This document shows, one piece after another, positions 50,879 to 61,462 of a DNA stretch of 64,000 nucleotides. Source of the DNA: an uncultured virus (IMG/VR IMGVR_UViG_3300035208_003515). Taxonomy: Duplodnaviria; Heunggongvirae; Uroviricota; Caudoviricetes. The translations under genes were made by a program, and so were the position numbers. Each line of letters opens with the position of its first letter. Within the stretch, counting starts at the first letter, position 1. The notes below the pieces were generated by a model, which saw nothing but the letters and a program-made list of their open reading frames with translations, did no database searches and was not told the DNA's origin. The DNA is taken from IMG/VR virus record IMGVR_UViG_3300035208_003515. The stretch is one strand, 5' to 3'.

Positions 50879-51978
50879 AGGTTGAGTTTTTCAAGCACAA
50901 TCTGAACCAAGATGATATAAACAGCGCAGTAGAAGTATTGCGTAATCCTATTTTAACTACAGGACAATGGACAGCAGACTTTGAAGATAAATTCTCTAAA
51001 TATATGGGATGTAAATATACAGTCGGCGTGACTTCGTGTACCGCTGCCCTGCATTTATCATTATTAGCCTATGGAATAGGCCGTGGAGACGAAGTAATCA
51101 CAACACCGATGACCTTTATAGCTACAGCAAATTCAATTTTAATGGCAGGCGCAAAACCTGTGTTTGTTGATGTAGAGCCGGAGACGGGCAACATTGATGT
51201 AAACCTGATTGAAAACGCCATTACCTCAAAGACTAAAGCCATAATACCTGTACATTTATACGGGCAACTTTGTGATATGGTTAAACTACGCAAAATCGCA
51301 GACAAGTATCATCTCTTTATCGTAGAAGATTGCGCTCATGCAGTAGAATCAGAGAGAGACGGTGTACGGCCTGGACAGCTTGGGGAAACGGCGTGCTTTA
51401 GCTTCTACCCTACGAAGGCGTTGAGCAGCGGCGAGGGTGGAGCAATTTGCACAAATTCTAATCTGATAGCGGATAATCTTAAAATCTTACGCTCTCATGG
51501 TATGAGTGCAGATGCCGGTGAAAGATATTCTAAAAGATATAAACACTGGGACATGGAAGTCCTCGGCTGGAAATATAATATGGATAATATTCAGGCTGCG
51601 CTCTTAATTAACCAAATAGATCGGCTTGAGATAAATTGGTGGGAACGGGAAGTGATAAGTGGGATATATGAGGATGCACTTAAAGGTGTTGTGGGATTTA
51701 CAAAGGTCATAGGCAAATCCGGCAGGCACTTATTTACTATATGGGTAGAAAACAGGGATGAAGTCTTAGGTAAACTACAGGATGCAGGGATCGGCGTAGC
51801 CGTAAACTACAGGGCAATCCATTTATTATCCTATTATCGTAAAAGGTATGGTTATAAAGAAGGTAAATTCACTGTAGCAGAGAGGATAGGCAACCAGACA
51901 ATCTCACTTCCTTTATATCCTAAGTTGACTGATACGGAAGTGGAATATGTTATTAAAACCGTAAAGGCGTGCGTGTGA
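50875..51978 (+). CDS. DegT/DnrJ/EryC1/StrS sugar aminotransferase
   Basis: EDCAH; SFYPTK; GEGG; SLPLYP. Confidence 0.92.
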   Translation: MKVEFFKHNLNQDDINSAVEVLRNPILTTGQWTADFEDKFSKYMGCKYTVGVTSCTAALHLSLLAYGIGRGDEVITTPMTFIATANSILMAGAKPVFVDVEPETGNIDVNLIENAITSKTKAIIPVHLYGQLCDMVKLRKIADKYHLFIVEDCAHAVESERDGVRPGQLGETACFSFYPTKALSSGEGGAICTNSNLIADNLKILRSHGMSADAGERYSKRYKHWDMEVLGWKYNMDNIQAALLINQIDRLEINWWEREVISGIYEDALKGVVGFTKVIGKSGRHLFTIWVENRDEVLGKLQDAGIGVAVNYRAIHLLSYYRKRYGYKEGKFTVAERIGNQTISLPLYPKLTDTEVEYVIKTVKACV

Positions 51979-52763
51979 TAGTTCCCGACTACCTCTTATC
52001 CCAAATTGCCGCTGCTGAATCTGATTCATGCTGGCGTGTACGTCGGTCAACTCCTATGAAAACACTTAGGAAGTCCGTTGCCGGATGCCAATACCCGTTT
52101 ACTGTTTTAAATAAGCTATTAGACGTAAAGACAGCCAAGATACTTGAAATAGGTAGTGGTAATGGGTTTTCCTTATGCCATGGTCTTTTACAGGGGTTAG
52201 ATATTACCGGCATAGAACCAGGGGCACAGGGATTTGACGGTAGGTATTTACGGGCAGTCGAATTATTGAAGATCAATGGAGTGGATGAAAAACGCCTCAT
52301 AAACGCAAACGCAGAGGTTTTACCATTTGAAGATAATACCTTTGATGCTGTATTCAGTGTAGCAGTCTTAGAACACGTCAATGATGTGAAAAAAGCTATG
52401 AGTGAATCGCTGCGGGTACTGAAACCCAACGGCGTGCTGTGGGCAAACGTACCAAATTACAGCAGTTTCTATGAAGGTCACTATAACTTACCGTGGATAC
52501 CAAATATGAGCAAAGAAAACGCTAAGAGATACGTTGGATTATTCGGGCGTGACCCTGATTTTATAGACGGATTGAATTTCCTCAATCCCAAGATGTTTAA
52601 GGGTACTATCTATCTATACGGGTACGGACTTTTAAACTACGTATTTGTAGCTTGTAATCGTTTGATGGAAGTGCCTGTATTAAAATATCCAGCTAAATTA
52701 TGTGTGAAGGTACTTGAATGGTTGGGGATGGCTATTATATTTGATGTGGTGGTCAGGAAATGA
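51969..52763 (+). CDS. Class I SAM-dependent methyltransferase
   Basis: LEIGSGNG; LPFEDNTFD; VLEHV; LKPNG. Confidence 0.88.
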   Translation: MRVIVPDYLLSQIAAAESDSCWRVRRSTPMKTLRKSVAGCQYPFTVLNKLLDVKTAKILEIGSGNGFSLCHGLLQGLDITGIEPGAQGFDGRYLRAVELLKINGVDEKRLINANAEVLPFEDNTFDAVFSVAVLEHVNDVKKAMSESLRVLKPNGVLWANVPNYSSFYEGHYNLPWIPNMSKENAKRYVGLFGRDPDFIDGLNFLNPKMFKGTIYLYGYGLLNYVFVACNRLMEVPVLKYPAKLCVKVLEWLGMAIIFDVVVRK

Positions 52764-53920
52764 GAGTTTTATTCATCGATCCCCTCAACACACAGAATAA
52801 CTTTTATATATACGCTAAATACCTTCGTCAGTATGGCATGGATGCTGAAGTGGTCATGGGGAAGTCAATCGTCCCTCAAGATTCACTACCCAACTGGCAT
52901 GACAGTGAAACTTACGACTGGATACATTATTTTGATTTGCCCTACTTCGTGCCTTTTAAGAATCCGGTCAAGTATTTAATTCAGACTAAGAGACTGATTG
53001 ATTTTGCTCGACAGTTTGACCTTATAGTATGCTCAGGGCTTGCCCCTATATGGATGAGGTGGACAGGTAAACCGTTTATTTTCTTTTCTTATGGGGCTGA
53101 CTTAGACCAGGTTGCCTTAAAAGGATGGTCAGGGATACCCACACAGAAAGTTACTCCGTTTCAGCGAATTATCTATTTCATTCTAAAACATCATTTAGTC
53201 GGATCGCTACGGAAGGCAAAGGCTACGGTGCTTGCGCCACACCAAATACCCACGGCTGAAAAGGTGGGATTAAAGAACCTTGTATTCTTACCTCATATCA
53301 TAGATATAGATACCTTCAAACCTTTAGAGAATGGGGAATGGTTAAGGGATGAATTAAAGTGTGATTTTATCGTCTTTCATCCACCACGGCAGGCATGGCT
53401 TGACCGGACAGTAACCGACTGCAAGGGTAATGACAAAGTATTCAGGGCATTCCGCAGGTTCACCCAAATCTATAAAGGCAAAGCGAAGTTAATCGTCATA
53501 GAAAAAGGATGGGACTTGGAAGATAGCAAGCGGCTTGTTAGGCAATTAGGAATAGCGGATAGTGTTTACTGGTTAGATTCTGTCCCTAAGAAAGAGATGT
53601 GCAGGTTATACAATGCTTCTGATGTGGTATTAGATCAGTTTGTAGTTGGGGTTTTAGCTCTGGTAGCCATTGAAGCGATGGCTTGTGGTACTCCGGCTAT
53701 GACCTACGTATCTCAGGCTACAGAAGATAATCTCTATCCCGTAATGCCACCAATAATTAACGTCCATTCAGAAGATGAAATATTACATAACCTGTGTGTA
53801 CTGGCAAGGGATAGTGAATTAAGGAATAGTCTCGGTAAGCAGGGTAGGAAGTGGATAGAGATGTATTGCAGTCCTGAAAAGGCAGTACCAAAGCATATAG
53901 AGTTCTTGCATAACTATTGA
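52760..53920 (+). CDS. GT4 (GT-B) glycosyltransferase
   Basis: EAMACGTP; YNASDVVLDQF. Confidence 0.85.
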   Translation: MRVLFIDPLNTQNNFYIYAKYLRQYGMDAEVVMGKSIVPQDSLPNWHDSETYDWIHYFDLPYFVPFKNPVKYLIQTKRLIDFARQFDLIVCSGLAPIWMRWTGKPFIFFSYGADLDQVALKGWSGIPTQKVTPFQRIIYFILKHHLVGSLRKAKATVLAPHQIPTAEKVGLKNLVFLPHIIDIDTFKPLENGEWLRDELKCDFIVFHPPRQAWLDRTVTDCKGNDKVFRAFRRFTQIYKGKAKLIVIEKGWDLEDSKRLVRQLGIADSVYWLDSVPKKEMCRLYNASDVVLDQFVVGVLALVAIEAMACGTPAMTYVSQATEDNLYPVMPPIINVHSEDEILHNLCVLARDSELRNSLGKQGRKWIEMYCSPEKAVPKHIEFLHNY

Positions 53921-53945
53921 CATACCACTGATTAGTTATTATAAT
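53912..53945 (+). promoter_or_regulatory. Consensus sigma70 promoter with AACTA motif
   Basis: AACTA-TTGACA-17-TATAAT. Confidence 0.85.
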
Positions 53946-53979
53946 TAATTCAATTAAGTAAAGAAAGAGGAGATAGATA

Positions 53980-55455
53980 ATGGATGCAAATGTAAAGGTT
54001 ATCACACAGAAAGATTTTGAGAGCAAGTGGCAAGTTGAAGGTTGGAGCTTATTACATATCGGCCCTACATTTAATTGGAGAGTTGAGTGGGATGAGTGGG
54101 CAAGTATCCGTGATTTGATACAGAATGCGCTTGATGAGTCAGAGTCTTTTGTAGTTACCCAGACCGGAACTGACCTTATTATCAGCGACAAAGGCAGAGG
54201 TCTATCTGTCCGTGACTTATTTTTAGGAGCGCAGAAGCCTAAAGAGTCACATATGCGTGGCAAATTTGGTGAGGGTTTGAAGGTTGCTGCATTATCATTG
54301 CTACGTTCCGATTATATGGTATCTATGCAAACAGTTGGCAAAGATGTTGTGTTCTGCATGTTTAATCAGGATATCGACAATGAATCTATAGGTACGTTGT
54401 CGGCACTGTGGCGCAACAATGAAATTGCCGAAGGCACTCAGGTCGTTATTCATGGGTATGACTATTCAAAACCTACTTACGAAGATAGGTTTACACAAAC
54501 GGCTAACATGGATGTGCTACATAAATCAAAATCTCATATAACAAAACCTGTGCAGCGTTACAATATCATCTATAAAGCGCAGAAGGGTAAGGCTGCTGTC
54601 TTTGCCCGTAATATATTTATGAAAGAAATTGAAGGTCAATGGTCGTATGATTTATGGGATTTTGAACTAAGTCCTGATCGCCATGCCCCACGCTATGATT
54701 TCCAATTATGGCAATGTGTCTCTCGTCTTTGGCAGACAGTAACGGATGAAAGTTTGATGGTGGACTTTTTTAAGGCAGTCCGTGATAACCAAGCAAAATA
54801 CCTAAAATTCGATCTTGATATGTCTATACATGATTGGAATATGACCCCTGACAATGTACCATATATTCATGTTATGGAGTCTAATGCTGAAAAATGGAAT
54901 CGTGCCTTTATAAAAGTGTTTGGAGAAAGTAGTGTTTTGCGTACCGGCCCTTATGAAAATCAAATGGAAGCATTGGGACATACAAGTGTAGCCTTGCCTC
55001 AAGGTATTACTGATGCAATGAAAAGAACCTTGCGGAATGATGAGGAGTTAATTAAATCAGTTAGAGATAAGACTACTGAGGTAGAGGTTATAGACGACAG
55101 CAAGTTAGATACACGCCAACTATTAATACTTAACTCTGCAAGGGAGCTGAATGAAGGACTGACTAAACACGTATCTGGATTGTTTGCCTCGCATTTGCCG
55201 TTGGTTGATGGTAGTCCCATTGAGGCGCTCTATCATATTCCCACAGAACAGGTATTATTTACGCCTGCTATACTTTCATCTTGGAGTGAAATGTTTAAGG
55301 CGTTTGTGCATGAATTAGGACATTGTTATAGTGGTGCTGCAGATTGCACTTATGGGCACACATTTGGTATGACAACAGTAGCAGCCGAGTTGGCAGTTTA
55401 TATAGCGTCACATCCTAACTATTACCAGCGATACAACAGTGTGATAAAAAAGTAG
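53980..55455 (+). CDS. GHKL ATPase fused to a C-terminal HExxH domain
   Basis: RDLIQNALDE, ISDKGRG, GKFGEGLK; VHELGH near C-terminus. Confidence 0.8.
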   Translation: MDANVKVITQKDFESKWQVEGWSLLHIGPTFNWRVEWDEWASIRDLIQNALDESESFVVTQTGTDLIISDKGRGLSVRDLFLGAQKPKESHMRGKFGEGLKVAALSLLRSDYMVSMQTVGKDVVFCMFNQDIDNESIGTLSALWRNNEIAEGTQVVIHGYDYSKPTYEDRFTQTANMDVLHKSKSHITKPVQRYNIIYKAQKGKAAVFARNIFMKEIEGQWSYDLWDFELSPDRHAPRYDFQLWQCVSRLWQTVTDESLMVDFFKAVRDNQAKYLKFDLDMSIHDWNMTPDNVPYIHVMESNAEKWNRAFIKVFGESSVLRTGPYENQMEALGHTSVALPQGITDAMKRTLRNDEELIKSVRDKTTEVEVIDDSKLDTRQLLILNSARELNEGLTKHVSGLFASHLPLVDGSPIEALYHIPTEQVLFTPAILSSWSEMFKAFVHELGHCYSGAADCTYGHTFGMTTVAAELAVYIASHPNYYQRYNSVIKK

Positions 55456-55472
55456 TATTCGAGTAGATTAAC

Positions 55473-56237
55473 ATGAGTGGTTACGTTGACAACTTTAGTT
55501 ATGAGTGGGCAAAGCACAACCGCACCCAAGTAATAGATATAGAAGATGCCATCAAAACCTTCTTTGAAAAGACTGAATTATCGGTAGATGAAATAAAAGG
55601 TAAAAGAGTATTGGATGCCGGATGTGGAGCAGGACGTTTTACTCAAGTAGTAGCCATGATGGGAGCAAAAGAAGTAGTAGGTGTTGACCTATCAGAATCA
55701 GTTATAGCTGCTCAGGAAAATACTAAACAATTCAAGAATGTACGGATAGTACGTGGTGATTTGACTGATTTACACGATGTTGGAATGTTTGACGTGATCT
55801 TTTCGATAGGAGTTTTACACCACACACCCAATACAAAACAGGCGTTTGATTCACTCGTTAGATTATTAAAACCAGGTGGAATTATGGCAATCTGGGTATA
55901 TTCAAATGAAGGCTGGAAGGCACGAGCGTTTAACTTTGTCTCAGGAATACACCGGCTATACACTACGAAAATGAATCGAAACTTGCTCTATTCAATCTGC
56001 AAACTGGCAGTACCTTTTTACTATTTACATAGGATACCAATTATAGGGCTTTTTACCATTGCTTTATTTCCAAGTTCACTTCATCCAAAGGCCGAATGGC
56101 GAGTTCTTGATACTTTTGATTGGTATTCACCCAAATATCAGTGGAAACATTCTTATAAAGAAGTAGTTGGATGGTTTAAGGGATTTAAGGACATAAGGAA
56201 ACTCGGTTTTCCAGTAGCGGTTAGGGGAGTTAAATGA
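55473..56237 (+). CDS. Class I SAM-dependent methyltransferase
   Basis: LDAGCGAGRF; SIGVLHH; paralog of 61459..62226. Confidence 0.9.
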   Translation: MSGYVDNFSYEWAKHNRTQVIDIEDAIKTFFEKTELSVDEIKGKRVLDAGCGAGRFTQVVAMMGAKEVVGVDLSESVIAAQENTKQFKNVRIVRGDLTDLHDVGMFDVIFSIGVLHHTPNTKQAFDSLVRLLKPGGIMAIWVYSNEGWKARAFNFVSGIHRLYTTKMNRNLLYSICKLAVPFYYLHRIPIIGLFTIALFPSSLHPKAEWRVLDTFDWYSPKYQWKHSYKEVVGWFKGFKDIRKLGFPVAVRGVK

Positions 56238-56406
56238 AGTTGCTCAAATGGTATATCAGATGGATAGATGCGCACCCATTCTGGTCAGTTGCCATTGCTA
56301 TGTTGCCGTTCATGCCATTTTTTATTGTATATTGGTGTAAATATCATGGCACAGATGAATATAATGATATCAATACATGGAAATATTGGATAGGGGCAGG
56401 CGTTAA

Positions 56407-58323
56407 ATGAAGAATATTGACCGTTACGCTGCCGTATCCGGATACATCCTTATCTTTGCCTCAATCATTGTCTTGAAAGTAAGGGACTTTCACCCTATCT
56501 ATATGGTTGCAGCAGTCATTGGCCTACTGGCAATCACGGTTTACTTATTATGCAGGGATAGGCTATTTGTCGATGAGAAGTTAGATATTGTGGTCAAGGC
56601 TTTATGGAGTCTGCTGAAGGATAGATTAACAGCAATCCACAAATCGAATGGGTATGGGTGGTTTGGCATCTTTGTAGCATTATCTTACCTTATAATTGCG
56701 CTGGTTATCTTCCTGATGTGCCCCGATCAATATGAAAAGCCTTTACCTTATTATATATTCGTTGCTGTGGCAGTTGGGATACTATTTTATCTGTCAGTCT
56801 ATGAAAGTAAAAGAGTGAGGATTTACGCTATCTTGGTGTTGGCCTGTGTAATAGGGTTGATGCATATATGGACTGAGACTTTGATGTTTTCAGGATTGAT
56901 AGGGATTGATCCCTGGTCACACATGAGGATGGTTACTCAGGAACTTAAAGATGTAAAAGACTGGACGTACTTGGGTGGATATTACTCAGCCGTCCATTTT
57001 TACTTGAAGTGGGCTATGGATTTGGGGTTGGATTACCGGATGGCTGCGCTAATATTCTTGGGTAGTGTCCAGATGGTAGGCAATATCGTCTTTTCATTCT
57101 TACTTGGTAAAGAGTTATTCAATATCAAGGTAGGCGTAGTCGCTGCGCTCATGCTTTCCTGTGCAAACTGGAACATAACCTTTGGGGAGTGGATCATCCC
57201 GAATAGCATTGGAGCGACTTTTGCACTGGCTACGGCCTATCTCATGATTAAACAGTACAAGCATCACTGGACAATCTTTATAATCGGGGCGATTTTAGCG
57301 GTAAGCTACTTCTCCCACATGATAATTATGGTATGGGTGACAGGGACAATTATTTGTTTTACAGTGTTTCCTATCATATTTACACCGGATAAAAGCATAA
57401 AGCAAGTCTTAATTATGCTGGCGAAGCTAAGTGTTGTCCCAGTGATATTGATAGGGTTGGTGATAGCGTGGTTGATGTTTACTACAAATGGCCCAGGACT
57501 CTATGATACGGCAGTATCAACTAACTTCAATCCAGCATTTGGGATGACCTACGCAATAGGCAAAGCCCCTCTCTATGAAGGTCAACCTGTGGCTGTAGTG
57601 GTACAGGATAGTTTAAAGATATTTGACGAAATGTTTGTCAATTCAATAGGGTTTTTGTCTTTTATAGGGATAGCATTGATAGGGGTTTTAATGATGCTGA
57701 GGCGCAGCCGCTTCAATATTACCTTCTCTATCTTGTGTGTGACGGTGTTAGCGATAGGCTTTTTCCCACCTCTGTTCGGGTTTTCACTGGTTGAAATGCG
57801 CTGGTGGTATCTTGCTCAGTGTTTGATGGCAGTGCCTCTGGGTGCTGCACTGGTTTATTTAACACAGGGTAAACGCTATGCAGTGTTGATAATGAGTGTA
57901 CTGGTAATGGCAGTCGTGTTTTTTAACATTATCGGGCTTATGAGTAACAATACGCAGCGTGCCTTATCCCCAAATCAAATCGTCCGATATGGATTGACAG
58001 ATAAAGAGATGGCAGGATTGATTGTTGCCACAAGCTATAACCCAAATAAAATAGGATCGGACACCTATTATCTCTCGTATGTAGTCAGTGATATAAAACG
58101 CCTATCAAGGGCAGAATGGATAGAAGATCACATATTTAAAGGTGACTTCAGAGATTGTGAAGCGGATGTGCTTTTAATAAGGGATTCACTCTACCGTGAA
58201 CCATTCGGATATGGTGGAGGGACAATTTACCGTCTAAACTTCAATCCGGCTGACATAGCAGCGAAGCAGGGATACCGGTTAGTCTATTCAAATGGTGATA
58301 TTCAGTGCTTAATACGGAGGTAA
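56407..58323 (+). CDS. Polytopic membrane protein, GT-C-like
   Basis: Many TM helices; DPWSH luminal acidic motif; [18 protein letters not shown] resembles the OST segment IGRTLFNKWVGVGAVAIF. Confidence 0.6.
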   Translation: MKNIDRYAAVSGYILIFASIIVLKVRDFHPIYMVAAVIGLLAITVYLLCRDRLFVDEKLDIVVKALWSLLKDRLTAIHKSNGYGWFGIFVALSYLIIALVIFLMCPDQYEKPLPYYIFVAVAVGILFYLSVYESKRVRIYAILVLACVIGLMHIWTETLMFSGLIGIDPWSHMRMVTQELKDVKDWTYLGGYYSAVHFYLKWAMDLGLDYRMAALIFLGSVQMVGNIVFSFLLGKELFNIKVGVVAALMLSCANWNITFGEWIIPNSIGATFALATAYLMIKQYKHHWTIFIIGAILAVSYFSHMIIMVWVTGTIICFTVFPIIFTPDKSIKQVLIMLAKLSVVPVILIGLVIAWLMFTTNGPGLYDTAVSTNFNPAFGMTYAIGKAPLYEGQPVAVVVQDSLKIFDEMFVNSIGFLSFIGIALIGVLMMLRRSRFNITFSILCVTVLAIGFFPPLFGFSLVEMRWWYLAQCLMAVPLGAALVYLTQGKRYAVLIMSVLVMAVVFFNIIGLMSNNTQRALSPNQIVRYGLTDKEMAGLIVATSYNPNKIGSDTYYLSYVVSDIKRLSRAEWIEDHIFKGDFRDCEADVLLIRDSLYREPFGYGGGTIYRLNFNPADIAAKQGYRLVYSNGDIQCLIRR

Positions 58324-58324
58324 T

Positions 58325-58606
58325 GTGATGAAATATAGAAAGAAGCCAATAGTGGTTGATGCAGATATCTATCGTGCAGGAATGGAAGATGGTTTTCTGT
58401 TAGAATCATATCTACCCATAACCCCGACTCCAATGATGCGAGCTATTAGTAAGATTGTGCTTGAAGGGCAAGTTGCATTTCCTTATATAAACACTCTTGA
58501 AGGTCGTCATTTCATAAGTCGTGGTGATTATATCATTATAGGTGTGCAAGGTGAACGATATCCCTGTAAGCCCGATATTTTCGAAGCAACTTATGAAAAG
58601 GTATAG
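58325..58606 (+). CDS. Conserved phage protein ([16 protein letters not shown] family)
   Basis: KYRKKPIVV...[25 protein letters not shown]. Confidence 0.75.
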   Translation: MMKYRKKPIVVDADIYRAGMEDGFLLESYLPITPTPMMRAISKIVLEGQVAFPYINTLEGRHFISRGDYIIIGVQGERYPCKPDIFEATYEKV

Positions 58607-58609
58607 TCT

Positions 58610-59656
58610 ATGAAAATAGCTATTCTTGTAGCTGGTCTACCCCCTCTCTATAATGGTGGGACTGAAATAGCCACTGTAGAATTAGCTAAGTGCGCCTCTA
58701 AGAAACACGAGGTACACATAATAGCAGGAACAACACAGGATGGGGAGTATAAAATCAACGGCTTAAACATCCACACAGTTAAAACAGTCAAGGCACACTA
58801 CTTAGATGCCATACATTTCGTTCCAGGGGCTTTAAAAACGATGTTAAAGATAAAGCCTGATGTAATCCATGCCCAGGGTACTAAAATGGCACTGGCGGCC
58901 TTTGTAGCGTCAAAAATGACACGAATCCCGTATATACTCTATGGCAGAGGTGAGATTTATACAAAATGGTTTGGGAAAGACTTTATGACCTGGCTTTTAG
59001 TGAATGGGGCAGATCGTGTAATCGCTCAAACACAACATATGGCAAAAGCCTTTGAAAATTACACTGATAAAGAGATCGAAGTCATACCTAACGGAATAGA
59101 TGCAGGGCGATTTCAGTTTGACAGGTGGGCGAAGTCCTCTCATTTAAAGGTAGCTGTCACAGTTGGAAGGGCAAGGCCGGAGAAAAACCTTGCCTGCTTT
59201 GTAGATGCCATGAAATATCTTGAAAAAGAACTGAAGTTCGATCATGCTATGGGTGTTATTGTTGGTGATGGTGAGCAAATCCCTGAATTAAAGAAGAGAG
59301 CGGAAGGTTCAAATATAAGGTTCATGGAAGCAGTAGACAATTCTGAAGTGCCCATGATTCTTAAAAGCGCCGATGTACTTGTGAATACCAGTCTTTCAGA
59401 GGGTTTTCCGATGGCTATTTTAGAGGCAATGGCAGCCGGTTTACCTGTTGTAGCATCAAGGGTAACGGGAATACCTGAGATAGTAGGCAATTTAATTAAC
59501 GGAATAGTAGTTGAGTCTGATGATTATAAGGCTACAGCGTTGGCAATTCATCAGATTTTCACTAAAACCATCATGGCTGACCTATTCAAAAGGAATAATC
59601 AGGCGAAAGCTAAGTTGTATAATTGGGATAGTGTAGTGGAAAGGCTTTATAGATGA
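58610..59656 (+). CDS. GT4 glycosyltransferase
   Basis: GGTE; IPNGID; EKN; SEGFPMAILEAMAAGLPVVAS. Confidence 0.92.
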   Translation: MKIAILVAGLPPLYNGGTEIATVELAKCASKKHEVHIIAGTTQDGEYKINGLNIHTVKTVKAHYLDAIHFVPGALKTMLKIKPDVIHAQGTKMALAAFVASKMTRIPYILYGRGEIYTKWFGKDFMTWLLVNGADRVIAQTQHMAKAFENYTDKEIEVIPNGIDAGRFQFDRWAKSSHLKVAVTVGRARPEKNLACFVDAMKYLEKELKFDHAMGVIVGDGEQIPELKKRAEGSNIRFMEAVDNSEVPMILKSADVLVNTSLSEGFPMAILEAMAAGLPVVASRVTGIPEIVGNLINGIVVESDDYKATALAIHQIFTKTIMADLFKRNNQAKAKLYNWDSVVERLYR

Positions 59657-61462
59657 GCGATATTAAGCAGAAGCGCAAACGAAAGCGAATATTCATTATA
59701 GTTGGGTTGGCTCTATTTGCATGTGGGGCAGCAGTTGGTGGATATTTCTATTATCAGCACCAACAAGAGAACAAAATACCTGAAATTCCTCTAAGTGAAG
59801 CTGTGCTGTTATCTAAGGCGCATGTATTTAGTGATATGAAGATAGGCGATAGTCAGATTACTTTAACAGTGGCATCAGGATTTACTGATTGGGATTCAAT
59901 AGCTACCGTAGATACTGATAAAAAGTCTGTCAATTTAAATACAAATAGTAAGGTTACTGTTGATGTAGGTAGTCTATCGTTAAATGACTTGCAGGATATA
60001 GGCTTTGTTGCACCGAAATCATATACTCACAACAGCCAATCAGAAGGTTTTAATTGGGGTTCACTTCCTGGTATTGTATTACCACTATTGTTTCTTGGTT
60101 GGTGGGTTTATATGGCTGTTGTTCTTCTCTGACATAATAGCAGGTGGATTTAATAAGTATAAGAAGGATAAAACATCCATATTGTTCTCTGATATTGGTG
60201 GATTGTTAGATGCCAAAGAAAAACTGTTAGAGGCTTCACGGTTTATAACAGACAAGTCTTATTTCCTTAACGTAGGGGCAAAAGTCCCACGTGGAATATT
60301 ATTAACCGGTGCGCCAGGAGTAGGTAAGACTATGCTTGCACGGGCAATGGCTACTGAGGCGGGTATAGGATTCTATTATGCTTCAGGAACAGAGTTTCAT
60401 AGCTATTTTGTGGCGATGGCATCAAGGCGTGTCAAAAAGCTATTCAGATTGGCAAAACAGCATCCAAGTATTGTGTTTATTGACGAGTTTGATTCGATAG
60501 GTATGGCTCGTAGTTTCAGAGGAACGGATATGTCTACTGATAACGAACATACTCTTAATCAGCTACTTGCTGAAATGGATGGGTTTAAAAAAGATACTCA
60601 GGTTATCGTTATTGCAGCTACTAACCATCCCGAAGTGCTTGACCCTGCATTGTTAAGGCCAGGTAGATTCGATAGGCAGATAACCATATCGTTACCTACA
60701 CTTGCTGAAAGAAGTGAGATAATCAAGATACATCAGAAGGGCAAACCTATAGCAGACGATGTTGATATAGATGTTATAGCAAGGCAAACAGGCGGTTTAA
60801 GTGGTGCTGATTTGGCAGGAATGATGAATGAGGCAGCGTTGATAGCTGGACGACAGTGTAAAGATAAGATCAATATGGTTGATATCTCCAATGCCATAGA
60901 CAATGTTACTGCTGGGAGTGAGCGTAAAGCACTTGTATTGACTGATGTTGATAAAAAGGTACTTGCTTATCATGAATCAGGCCATGCGCTTGTAGCCTCA
61001 ATGTTCCCTGAGTGCGGGAAGGTACAGCGGATATCTATTTTGCCTCACGGAATGGCAGGTGGATTCACACGATTATCAGAAGATAAAGAGAAGTTGGTAA
61101 TCACAAAGAAAATAGCAATGGAGAATATTTCAATATTGTTTGCCGGACGTGTTGCAGAGGAAGCAGTTACAGGTGATCTAAGTAGTGGCGCACAAAACGA
61201 CATAATGAAAGCCAACCAAATAGCTACTGAAATGGTCGCTCATTATGGGATGGGAGCAAAGTTCGGACTGAGATATTATGATACATCGAGCAAAGAAGCT
61301 AATCCTATTATTAATGAAGATATAAAAAGCATCTTGGATGATTGCTACGTGACAGCAAAACAGGTTATCGAAGGCAACCAGGACAAGTTAAATAAGCTGG
61401 CAAGCAAACTCATTGAAGTGGAAGCCTTAAATGCTGATGAAGTAGAGGATTTGTTGAAATGA
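59653..61462 (+). CDS. ftsH: FtsH AAA+ zinc metalloprotease split by a +1 frameshift near 60091
   Basis: N-terminal TM/extracellular ORF 59653-60132; second frame has GAPGVGKT, FIDEFD, LLRPGRFDR, HESGH. Confidence 0.88.

Noticed and set aside
808..59490. Numerous antisense ORFs inside long genes (e.g. 808..1224, 4573..4944, 32566..33060, 33805..34410, 51989..52429)
   Set aside because: Shadow ORFs opposite genes with clear motifs; no RBS or recognisable domains.
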